From NCBI GenBank assembly GCA_963806855.1, contig CAWDYW010000001.1, positions 384,001 to 448,000 of the forward strand: 64,000 bases of DNA, read 5' to 3'. The stretch is from an uncultured Verrucomicrobiae bacterium. Lineage in GTDB: Bacteria > Chlamydiota > Chlamydiia > Chlamydiales > Rhabdochlamydiaceae. A program made the translations under genes and the position numbers. Shown here piece by piece: positions 1 to 8,222 of this stretch (positions are counted from its first letter, which is position 1; each line of letters opens with the position of its first letter). Below the pieces are notes generated by a model. It was not told the origin of the DNA. It saw only the letters and a program-made list of their open reading frames with translations, and searched no databases.

Positions 1-716
1 ACCCAAAAATAGTGGAGCCCTGCAAAGAGCAGGGCGGTGAGGAAAATGGCCCCAGCGCTCGCCATAAATCCTTTCCCACCAAACCAGCGGAAGCACTCGT
101 TTTGAACGAATCCGCGCCAAAAGGCCTCTTCGATAATCGAAACGAAGAGGAGATTTTCTAGGGCAAAGAACCAGAGGATCTTCGGAAACTTCGGGGCCCA
201 TTCAATCAGACCAGAATAGAGAGATGTGACGATCAGGATGGCGAGGCCGCAAAGGGTCATCGGGATGGCCACTTTCAACATTTTGCTAAATTCTTTCAGA
301 TTCTGCAGGAGAGGAAAGCCGAGGACGAGGATAAAAATCCCGATAAACGGTTTGTCGAAATTCAGATAGAGGGAAAATGGGGAGGCATTGGGAGTCAGCT
401 GAGCTTTGCTAATGATGAGCCAGTTGTTAAAGCCAGGAAATTTGTGGATGAGCAGTCCCAATGAAATGGCAATTGTAAGAAGCGCTAGGAGGAAACGGGC
501 GAGCCCTTTGATGTCCCCTTTGAGCAGAGCGTGGAGGATGAGAAGCGCTCCAATCGGCGCGAGGGCGATCGGTTCAATCAGTTTGGCAAAATAGCCGAGG
601 GTGAAAGCGAAAATGAGAAATCCGCCCCAAATCCAAGGTGAGCGCTTGACCCAGGCACTGATGATGGTCATCGCCAAAGCAAAAAAAGCGAGTGCAGAGG
701 TTGTGTAAGAATCCAT
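1..716 (-). CDS. CPBP (CAAX protease/Abi) family intramembrane metalloprotease, 3' end outside the window
   Basis: Not in the ORF track. Manual translation from ATG 716 gives MDSYTTSALAFFALAMTIISAW..., many TM helices, and the motifs EEAFWRG and FAGLH. Confidence 0.85.
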   Translation of the reverse strand, partial: MDSYTTSALAFFALAMTIISAWVKRSPWIWGGFLIFAFTLGYFAKLIEPIALAPIGALLILHALLKGDIKGLARFLLALLTIAISLGLLIHKFPGFNNWLIISKAQLTPNASPFSLYLNFDKPFIGIFILVLGFPLLQNLKEFSKMLKVAIPMTLCGLAILIVTSLYSGLIEWAPKFPKILWFFALENLLFVSIIEEAFWRGFVQNECFRWFGGKGFMASAGAIFLTALLFAGLHYFW

Positions 717-752
717 ACTGTGAATATAACAGGCTGTGGTATAAAAATCAGT

Positions 753-1463
753 ATGATTCGACGCAGAAAAGACAACATAGAGTGGCTCGAGTATGAGCAG
801 TTGCAAGAATTTCCCGAAGTGGTTCATGGGATATTTTTCCGCGATCTCAATTGTCGAGAAAATGAGTCTTTAGAGGCTATTCGGGACATGTTTGGCCTAG
901 AGAAAGTGATCTGGGGAAAACATGTGCACGGCAACGCGGTGATGGAAGCCGCACAGTTAGGTGTGGAGTGCGATGGGATTGTGACAGCAGAACGGAACAT
1001 CGGACTGCTCGCCGCCCACGCTGATTGCCAGGTCGCCATTTTCTTCGATCCAATCCGAAAGGTGATCGCCAATGTCCATAGTGGATGGCGAGGAAGCGTT
1101 AAGAATATCTACGCCAATGCCGTTGACTACTTGAAGCGGGAGCATCGGAGCAACCCAGCCGATCTGTTAGTTGGCATTGGGCCGAGCTTAGGCCCCGATA
1201 AAGCTGAGTTTATCAATCATCCGGTCGAACTGCCTCCTGAATTTTTACCCTTTCAGGTGCGGGAAAATTATTTTGATTTCTGGGAAATCTCAAAAATGCA
1301 ACTGCGCGATGTCGGCATTCTCGATCAGCATGTTGAAATTGCTGGAATTTGCACCTATATGGGGGAAAATGAATTTTTTTCACATAGACGAGACAAAAAA
1401 ACTGGGCGAAATGGTACAGTAGTTGCCTTAAAACCGTTAAAACCTTATTTATTGAGCAAATGA
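753..1463 (+). CDS. pgeF: YfiH/PgeF family (laccase-domain) purine nucleoside phosphorylase / peptidoglycan editing factor
   Basis: HVHG, CDGIVT, HADC, HSGWRG, IGPSLG and FFSHRR motifs. ATG 753 preferred over the track start at 720. Confidence 0.9.
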   Translation: MIRRRKDNIEWLEYEQLQEFPEVVHGIFFRDLNCRENESLEAIRDMFGLEKVIWGKHVHGNAVMEAAQLGVECDGIVTAERNIGLLAAHADCQVAIFFDPIRKVIANVHSGWRGSVKNIYANAVDYLKREHRSNPADLLVGIGPSLGPDKAEFINHPVELPPEFLPFQVRENYFDFWEISKMQLRDVGILDQHVEIAGICTYMGENEFFSHRRDKKTGRNGTVVALKPLKPYLLSK

Positions 1464-2590
1464 AAAAAATTCTCATTCTCTCCTGTCTCGGTGGTTATGG
1501 ACATATCGCAGCGACAAATACTCTAAAGCAGCTGTTGGGCAGCGAGTATGAAATCGAAACGATTTATCCTATTAAGGAACTTCGGATCTTCGGAATCCCG
1601 ACGGGAGAAGAATTTTATAATTACACCCTCGCAAGAAACTGGACGCGGTTTATCAATTGGTATGCCAAAGTGCTCGCCTTTCCCATCTTCGCTCAAAGGC
1701 AGCAAAAGACCATTGATCAGATTGAAAGACATATTATAGAAAAAAAGCCCGATCTAGTGATCTCTGTGCTCCCCTTTGTCAACTACCCTGCCTCTGAAGC
1801 TGCTCGCAAGTCTGGTGTTCCCTTTTTACTCGTTACCACCGACAACGACCTCTATAACTGGGTGTTTGGCTTGGAAAAAAGCCAACATGAGAATTTCCGA
1901 GTGACGATCGGCGCCGACCTACCGAGCTCAAAGGGGCTTCTGCTCGATCATGCAGTTGCCGAATCGGCAATCGAAACAACGGGCTTTCCATTGCGTCCTA
2001 ACTTTTTTTCTCTACGGAGGAAAGAGGATTTGCGGGAAGAATATCAGATTCCCCAAGGCAAAAAAGTGGTCTTGATTGTCATGGGAGGCGTTGGCGGGCG
2101 ATGTGCTTACAAGTATGCAAAGACGATTATCGAAAGTCAGCTCGATGTGCACCTGATTGTCTGCGCTGGCAGAAATAGAAAATTGCTCGCGAAATTGAAG
2201 AGCCTAAGCGGCAATATCACCGCGATGCCCTTCACTGAAAAGATGGACGAACTTTTTTCCATGGCCGATCTGATTATCACCAAACCGGGCCCAGGTACCA
2301 TCAATGAAGTGCTCTCGGTAAAAGTGCCTCTTTTGGTCGACAGAACTAGGACGCCGCTGTTCTGGGAACAGGTCAATATCGATTGGGTCCTCGATCTCAA
2401 AGTGGGTGGCGTTGTCAAATCGTTTAACGAGCTGCCCGATTTGATTCGCAAATTTCTCTATGATGAAAAAACATGTGCAGAAGTCGCTCGGAGCTATGCT
2501 CAAATCCCTGAAAATCAGTTTGCAGATAGGATTGAGACGCTCATCGAAGAGATGTGCGGAGTAGAGATTTTACAAACTTCGTCCTTGTAG
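1460..2590 (+). CDS. MGDG synthase/UgtP-like GT28 glycosyltransferase
   Basis: GGYGH, VTTD, TGFPLR, MGGVG and ITKPGPGT motifs. Confidence 0.85.
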   Translation: MKKILILSCLGGYGHIAATNTLKQLLGSEYEIETIYPIKELRIFGIPTGEEFYNYTLARNWTRFINWYAKVLAFPIFAQRQQKTIDQIERHIIEKKPDLVISVLPFVNYPASEAARKSGVPFLLVTTDNDLYNWVFGLEKSQHENFRVTIGADLPSSKGLLLDHAVAESAIETTGFPLRPNFFSLRRKEDLREEYQIPQGKKVVLIVMGGVGGRCAYKYAKTIIESQLDVHLIVCAGRNRKLLAKLKSLSGNITAMPFTEKMDELFSMADLIITKPGPGTINEVLSVKVPLLVDRTRTPLFWEQVNIDWVLDLKVGGVVKSFNELPDLIRKFLYDEKTCAEVARSYAQIPENQFADRIETLIEEMCGVEILQTSSL

Positions 2591-2656
2591 AATTTCTTTA
2601 AATACCGTATACTTTCTTCCATGTTTTTAGAAAAATTTTGTATCTTAGGCTTAGCA

Positions 2657-4531
2657 ATGATTGCACCTTTTGGATCTTGGGAATCTCCCATTACAACCGA
2701 TCTTATCTCTTCAGGTTCGATCATTTTTAATGAAATGCAAGCTGATGAAGAGGGGCTCTACTGGACGGAGACCCATCCGAAAGAAAAGGGGCGCTCAGCC
2801 ATGGTCCGTTATGATGGCAAAGAGCACCCGCTCTTGCCAGAAATCAATGTCCGCAGCCGTGTCCACGAATATGGGGGCGGCGCCTTTTGCTTAAGTCATG
2901 GAAAAGTGATTTTCTCAAATGACGCCGACAAACAGCTCTACCTCTTCGATGGCGCAGCGAAAAAGCTCACTGATACTCCAAGCTGCCGCTTTGCAGATGG
3001 GTGTGGACAGATTTGGGTCTGTGAAGAGCATGGAGATAAGATAAAAAATTATCTGGTCCGCGTCGATGAAAAAGGGGTTCACGAGATCGCTTCAGGGCAT
3101 GATTTTTATAGTTCACCGCGCCTTAGTCCCGATGGAAAAAAGCTAGCGTTCATTACATGGGATTTCCCCAGCATGCAGTGGGACAGTTCCCTATTGTGGC
3201 TGGCTGATGTCGCCGAAGATGGGAGCTTGCACAACGTGATGCCAATTAGCGGCGGTCCAAATGAATCGGTTTGCCAAGTTCGATGGTCTCCCGATGGCAT
3301 TTTACATTTCGTCTCCGACAAAACCGGATTCTGGAATCTTTATCGCTATCACAAAGGACGTGCAAAAAATCTGTGCGAAATGAAAGCAGAGTTTGGGATC
3401 CCCGCTTGGGTCTTTGGCCGCCCCACCTACTCCTTTCTGCCCAATGGAAAAATCGCCTGCGTCTACACGATTAAAGGGATCGACCACCTCGGCCTCATTG
3501 ATCCGAACACAAAAAGCTTGACCGATCTGAAACAGCCCTTCACCTCGATCCACAATATCGTCACCTATCGGGGACAAGTCTATTTCTTCGGCGTTTCTCC
3601 TACAGAACCCGCTTCGGTCATCTGCTTTGACCCCGAGACAAACCTCTCCACCTCCGTCAAGAAGAGCTTTTCTACTCCGATTACCAAAGAGTGGATCTCC
3701 AAAGCCGAAGTGATCCAGTATCCTACCCATGATGGAAAAGTGGGATATGCTTTCTATTATGCTCCCAAAAACCCCAACTACGAAGCACCCAAAGGGGAAA
3801 AACCGCCCCTCATCGTCAAAGTGCATGGTGGACCTACCGGCCGCTCCTATAATCAATTCCTTCTTGAAACCCAGTTTTGGACATCGCGAGGATTTGCTTT
3901 GGTCGACGTCAACTATGGCGGAAGCACTGGATATGGGCGAGAGTATTTTAAGCGGCTTGAAAAGAACTGGGGGGTTGTCGACGTTGAAGATAGCGTCAGC
4001 GCTGCGAATGTCCTCATAGAGCGCGGTCTTGTCGATCCTGAGCGGCTCCTGATCCGCGGAGGAAGCGCCGGTGGGTATACTACCCTTGCGGCTCTTGCCT
4101 TCAAAGATCTCTTCGCCGGGGGAACAAGCTATTTTGGGATCAGTAACCTCGAACTTATGAACGATGATACCCATAAATTTGAGTCTCGCTATAACGATCT
4201 CCTCATTGGCCCCTGCCCAGAAGCCCTCGAGACCCTTCGCGCTCGCTCTCCGATCCATTCCCTCGACAAGATCCACGCCCCCATTCTGCTCCTCCAGGGA
4301 GCTGATGACAAGATCGTTCCCCCCGAGCAATCGGTTCTGATCTACGACGCGCTGAAAGCAAAAGGGGTGCCAGTGGGGCTCATTGTTTTCGAAGGAGAAG
4401 GACATGGCTTTAGACAAGCGCCAAATATCAAGCGCTCACTCGATGCCGAGCTCTATTTCTATTCCAAAATCCTGAACATCCCCCTGCCGACGCCTTTTGC
4501 GGAGCCACCGGTTGATATCTCAGGACTTTAA
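2657..4531 (+). CDS. S9 family (prolyl oligopeptidase/acylaminoacyl) peptidase
   Basis: N-terminal APFGSWESPIT, HGGP, nucleophile GGSAGG, DKIVP, GEGHGF. ATG 2657 likely. Confidence 0.92.
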   Translation: MIAPFGSWESPITTDLISSGSIIFNEMQADEEGLYWTETHPKEKGRSAMVRYDGKEHPLLPEINVRSRVHEYGGGAFCLSHGKVIFSNDADKQLYLFDGAAKKLTDTPSCRFADGCGQIWVCEEHGDKIKNYLVRVDEKGVHEIASGHDFYSSPRLSPDGKKLAFITWDFPSMQWDSSLLWLADVAEDGSLHNVMPISGGPNESVCQVRWSPDGILHFVSDKTGFWNLYRYHKGRAKNLCEMKAEFGIPAWVFGRPTYSFLPNGKIACVYTIKGIDHLGLIDPNTKSLTDLKQPFTSIHNIVTYRGQVYFFGVSPTEPASVICFDPETNLSTSVKKSFSTPITKEWISKAEVIQYPTHDGKVGYAFYYAPKNPNYEAPKGEKPPLIVKVHGGPTGRSYNQFLLETQFWTSRGFALVDVNYGGSTGYGREYFKRLEKNWGVVDVEDSVSAANVLIERGLVDPERLLIRGGSAGGYTTLAALAFKDLFAGGTSYFGISNLELMNDDTHKFESRYNDLLIGPCPEALETLRARSPIHSLDKIHAPILLLQGADDKIVPPEQSVLIYDALKAKGVPVGLIVFEGEGHGFRQAPNIKRSLDAELYFYSKILNIPLPTPFAEPPVDISGL

Positions 4532-5382
4532 ATAGGCAAAGTTTTAGCCGCCCGGTCGATTCCGGCCCACGGATTCTTCTTTAGCCTTTTGTCGATATTG
4601 TGGATGTTAAAGCTCGTCGACTTCAGCCTGTCATCCTCCAGCTCTTTCCAGAAGAGAGGGGTGGCGATGGGAGCTCCCTCGATTGGCCGCACCGCATAGG
4701 GAGCCATCACGGTCTGCCCTTTGGCGTTGCGCACGACATCGATGTAAAGCCTCCCTCGTCTTTTGGCAATCCGTGACTCGGTGGTATATTTTTTCGGTTC
4801 TGCTTCGACAAGCTGCTCTGCAATCTGCTTGGCAAAAGCGCGCACATCATCGAAATGACGAGTCCGTTTGATCGGGACCACGACATGCAGACCCTTCGAT
4901 CCGGTTGTAGTGACAAAGGGCTTTAGCTTATATTTTTTCTCCAAGATCTCTTTGAGAAGCAGCGCCGCCTCCACAACCACTTTAAAGTTCTTTTTCGCTG
5001 GCGGATCGAGGTCAAAAATCATCCGATCGGGAAAATCTGGTTTATCGATTTTGGAGAGCCAAATGTGGGGAGTGATGCAGTCGAGATTGGCGAGCCAAAG
5101 CAGAGTCGACTTGTCATTGCACAGGACCATGTCGATCGTATCTCTTTCTTCTCGCTCGACCCTAATGGTCTTTACCCATTCTGGTTTGCCTTGGGGAGCA
5201 TTTTTTTGGAAAAACCCCTCTTCCTTTATCCCCTGAGGGTACCGCTTCATCGAAATCGGTCGATTCTTGATCAGCGGGAGCATCCATTTGGACACCTTTG
5301 CATAATAGTCCCACAGCTCTTGCTTGGTGATTTTGCTCTTGGGAAAGAGAACTTTGTCTGGATGTGAAAGGGCAATCTTCAT
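4528..5382 (-). CDS. ligD: NHEJ LigD primase-polymerase domain as a stand-alone gene
   Basis: LSHPDKVLFP, RYPQG, FFQKN, PDRMIFDLDP, TTGSKGLH, APYAVR. Confidence 0.92.
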   Translation of the reverse strand: MKIALSHPDKVLFPKSKITKQELWDYYAKVSKWMLPLIKNRPISMKRYPQGIKEEGFFQKNAPQGKPEWVKTIRVEREERDTIDMVLCNDKSTLLWLANLDCITPHIWLSKIDKPDFPDRMIFDLDPPAKKNFKVVVEAALLLKEILEKKYKLKPFVTTTGSKGLHVVVPIKRTRHFDDVRAFAKQIAEQLVEAEPKKYTTESRIAKRRGRLYIDVVRNAKGQTVMAPYAVRPIEGAPIATPLFWKELEDDRLKSTSFNIHNIDKRLKKNPWAGIDRAAKTLPI

Positions 5383-6293
5383 GCTCGTTCCCTCACTACG
5401 CTCTTGGCCGGTTTGTCTTTGCGCAGGCCCAAAAACCGCGGATGCCTTAGCTTACCCTCATTTGTCCATTCAGTAAAGCCCACTTCACAGACTAGGGAGG
5501 GGCGGACAAAATGGACTGTCTTCTCTTTGATTTCTTCCACAAAGGGAGAGCTCTTTTTTTCTATTTTTTTCAGCTTCGCACCCAAACTATCCAAAGTGGC
5601 CGTGTCGAATCCTGTCCCCACCTTGCCGGCATAGTGAAATTTCCCCCGCTCGTAGTAACCGACGAGTAGAGCCCCAAAATTCATGCGAGAGCCCTGTGGC
5701 TCCGTATAACCGCCGATCACCAGCTCCTGTCCTTTGGAGCATTTAAATTTTAGCCAGTCGCGGGTCCGTTTGCTCACATAGGAGGCATCTAACCGCTTGG
5801 CAATCGCCCCTTCGAGTCCTAGCTTGCACATCTTTCTATAGAAGGTTTCCCCGGCCCCTTTCACGTGAGGTGTAAAATGGATCGGTCCACCAAAAGGGAA
5901 ATGGGCTTTCAGCAATTTTTTTCTCTCGAGAAGAGGCAATTTGACCAATTCCTCTCCATCCCAAATCAATAGATCAAAGATATAAAAATGGAGGGCGATT
6001 TTTTTCCTCGCCCGATTCTGCAGCGCGGCAAAACTCGACGCCCTGCCCTTGAATGCCACCACTTCCCCATCGACCACATAATCTTTACTCTTCTTGGCCT
6101 CCAGAGCGCTCACAATCTGGGGAAAATCGTCGTTTAAGAGCTTGTGATTGCGAGAGAAAAGGGTCACTTTGCCCTTCACCTTAATGGCGATGCACCGGAT
6201 CCCATCGAATTTCTCCTCAAAGATCCAATTCTCATCGGAGAAAGGCTTGTCGACCAAGGTAGCGAGCTCAGGAGCAATCCAGCGGGGCTTCAT
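5379..6293 (-). CDS. ligD: NHEJ ATP-dependent DNA ligase domain (LigD ligase + OB fold)
   Basis: KFDGIR adenylation motif, DGEVV, FDLL, EGAIAK, WLKFK, GKVGTGF, LRHPRFLGLR. Confidence 0.93.
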   Translation of the reverse strand: MKPRWIAPELATLVDKPFSDENWIFEEKFDGIRCIAIKVKGKVTLFSRNHKLLNDDFPQIVSALEAKKSKDYVVDGEVVAFKGRASSFAALQNRARKKIALHFYIFDLLIWDGEELVKLPLLERKKLLKAHFPFGGPIHFTPHVKGAGETFYRKMCKLGLEGAIAKRLDASYVSKRTRDWLKFKCSKGQELVIGGYTEPQGSRMNFGALLVGYYERGKFHYAGKVGTGFDTATLDSLGAKLKKIEKKSSPFVEEIKEKTVHFVRPSLVCEVGFTEWTNEGKLRHPRFLGLRKDKPAKSVVRERA

Positions 6294-6760
6294 TTTTTCG
6301 CTCTTATCTTGATGAGGAGCCAGTTTTTTTCTTTAAAATGGACCAGGGCATAGGTTCCTTTAAGGCGCTTACCCTCTGCGCGGAATTCGATCACCCCATC
6401 TTTAAAACACTTAGGTAACGAATCGGTCTTCAGATTCTCAAAGGTGCCAGAGTCCCAAATCTCCACCTTGCCGGCGCCATAATTCCCCGCGGGAATGATC
6501 CCCTCAAATTTGGCATACTCCATCGGGTGATTCTCCGTCAGGACTGCCAAATGCTTTTCACCTATCTTCTTCGGAGGGCCCTTCGGCACAGCCCACGACT
6601 TGAGCACGCCGCGCATCTCAAGCCGCAGATCATAGTGGAGCGACCTGGCATAGTGCTTCTGAATGACAAAGATCGGGGCCTTCCCAGCTGTGGTCTTTGC
6701 CCCTTTGGGCTCTGGTGTTTCGGCAAAGCGGCGCCGTTTGCGGTAATCCGTAAGGCTCAT
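6290..6760 (-). CDS. ligD: NHEJ LigD 3'-phosphoesterase domain as a stand-alone gene
   Basis: YRKRRRFAETPEP, FVIQKHYARSLHYDLRLE, SWAVPKGP, HPMEY, YGAGKVEIWD. Confidence 0.93.
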   Translation of the reverse strand: MSLTDYRKRRRFAETPEPKGAKTTAGKAPIFVIQKHYARSLHYDLRLEMRGVLKSWAVPKGPPKKIGEKHLAVLTENHPMEYAKFEGIIPAGNYGAGKVEIWDSGTFENLKTDSLPKCFKDGVIEFRAEGKRLKGTYALVHFKEKNWLLIKIRAKK

Positions 6761-6793
6761 CGATTTCTGTATAGGGCACCCGGGGTAATTTGA

Positions 6794-6834
6794 TCAAGAG
6801 TATCTTGACTTTAATAATGTAACTGAGTTACAAT
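6794..6834 (+). promoter_or_regulatory. Sigma-70-type promoter with two overlapping palindromes (putative antitoxin operators)
   Basis: TTGACT(6805-6810)-N18-TACAAT(6829-6834). Palindromes TCAAGA-gta-TCTTGA (6794-6808) and TGTAACT-g-AGTTACA (6818-6832). Confidence 0.65.
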
Positions 6835-6860
6835 AAAGCTATAAGAGTAAAGGATTCCTG

Positions 6861-7181
6861 TTGTCTCACCAGAAACCTAAAAAAATAGAAAATCTGATTG
6901 AAAAAATAAAAGAGTGTATTAACTCAGGCAGATACCGCGATACTACACATGCTACTATTAGAAAAAATGAGCGAAAAATTATTTTACCGGAAATTATTTA
7001 TGTGTTAACAACCGGTAGGCATGAAAAAAGCAAAGATCGTATTGATGAAGCTTTTGATTCATGGAATTATGCAATAAGAGGGTGGACTTTGGATAGGAAG
7101 GATTTAAGGATCATCGTCTCTTTTGATGAAGATAGAGACCTGTTGATTATTACAGCCTTTTATATCGAAAGGAAAGGATAA
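6861..7181 (+). CDS. DUF4258-like (RelE/BrnT-fold) toxin
   Basis: 106 aa, T-H-A-x-x-R, YAIRG, LRIIVSF, LLIITAF; directly upstream of an HTH gene. Confidence 0.7.
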   Translation: MSHQKPKKIENLIEKIKECINSGRYRDTTHATIRKNERKIILPEIIYVLTTGRHEKSKDRIDEAFDSWNYAIRGWTLDRKDLRIIVSFDEDRDLLIITAFYIERKG

Positions 7182-7185
7182 TAAT

Positions 7186-7647
7186 ATGAAAAAACAAAAA
7201 ATTGAAAAAGAGTGGATTTATGAAGGATTGGGGTTCCCAATTGTCCTTCGGAATGTGCCAATGATCGAGCTTCGTGGCATCTGGACTCTTGATGTCGACT
7301 TGAATATTTTGCAGAAAGTTGTGCTTCTAGCCCTTGCGCATCATCCATCAGATCTCACTGGTAATCAAATCCGTTTCATCAGAACTTGGCTTGGCTTAAC
7401 GCAATCAGAATTTGGAAAATTATTTGGTGTTACGCACCCTGCAATTGTCAAATGGGAAAAAACAGAAAATAGAGGCTCCAAAATGAATCTCACTACCCAA
7501 AGAGACCTCAGGCTACTTTTGCTAGATCGGTTGTTGACTAGAGATGACGATTTTCGAAGGGCCTTTAAAATTGTCCATATCACTAAGTTTACAAGCACCA
7601 TTCAACTGCTTGAGTTTGATGTCCCGATTGATTTGGTAGCAGTATAA
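7186..7647 (+). CDS. XRE-family HTH antitoxin (MqsA/HigA-like)
   Basis: IVLRNVP N-terminal segment; LTGNQIRFIR...LTQSEFGKLFGVTHPAIVKWE HTH. Confidence 0.8.
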   Translation: MKKQKIEKEWIYEGLGFPIVLRNVPMIELRGIWTLDVDLNILQKVVLLALAHHPSDLTGNQIRFIRTWLGLTQSEFGKLFGVTHPAIVKWEKTENRGSKMNLTTQRDLRLLLLDRLLTRDDDFRRAFKIVHITKFTSTIQLLEFDVPIDLVAV

Positions 7648-7648
7648 G

Positions 7649-8182
7649 TTAATCCTCAATCATCGGAAGCGCATCCCCTTTTTTCCGAGGGACCGCCTTA
7701 AAGCCGCACCCTTTGAGCATCCGGGGGACGCCGAAGGCCTCGATCACCGGCCATTTGCGGCAGACCATGGGACGGAGCTTGTGGTGCTTGCAGGAGCCAT
7801 CTTTTTGCAGATAGCGACAGCCCATCACCATCACCTTGTGATTTTCATACTCATATTCTTCGTCGCTCCGCAGATAGAAGCCATTGATCTCGGTGTTCCA
7901 AAATTTAAAGAGCCAGCCGAAGAGCCCTTTGGGTTTGCGGATCATGATGTAGTGGCAGCAGTTGCCCCGCTTCTTGCATTTGCCAACTTGTTTGTAGGGA
8001 GGAGGGATGAGCCATCGGGCCACCCGTTGCATCGCCACATCGAGCAGCACGAACGGGAGGAAGAAAACACGAATGGGCCAGCGGATCCACCCCGGTACCT
8101 TTTGGCGGGGGATCCCATTCTGGGGTAAGGGGGGCTGCTCGGTCGCTTCCCCTGCTTTAAAGATGATATCTTCTAAATCCAC
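7649..8182 (-). CDS. YkgJ-family cysteine-cluster protein
   Basis: CKKRGNCC ... CRYL ... C ... RPMVCRKWP ... CG pattern. Confidence 0.75.
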   Translation of the reverse strand: MDLEDIIFKAGEATEQPPLPQNGIPRQKVPGWIRWPIRVFFLPFVLLDVAMQRVARWLIPPPYKQVGKCKKRGNCCHYIMIRKPKGLFGWLFKFWNTEINGFYLRSDEEYEYENHKVMVMGCRYLQKDGSCKHHKLRPMVCRKWPVIEAFGVPRMLKGCGFKAVPRKKGDALPMIED

Positions 8183-8222
8183 CTGTTTATTTTATTTGAA
8201 GAAGGGCCTATATATCAAGGGA

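Noticed and set aside
3302..4417. Long antisense ORFs (also 8208-9074, 23955-24677, 38099-39160, 48644-49483)
   Set aside because: Shadows of well-supported genes caused by codon bias or repeats; no motifs.
8007..8222. N-terminal extension of PpsA
   Set aside because: It overlaps the opposite-strand YkgJ gene; homology starts at ATG 8223.
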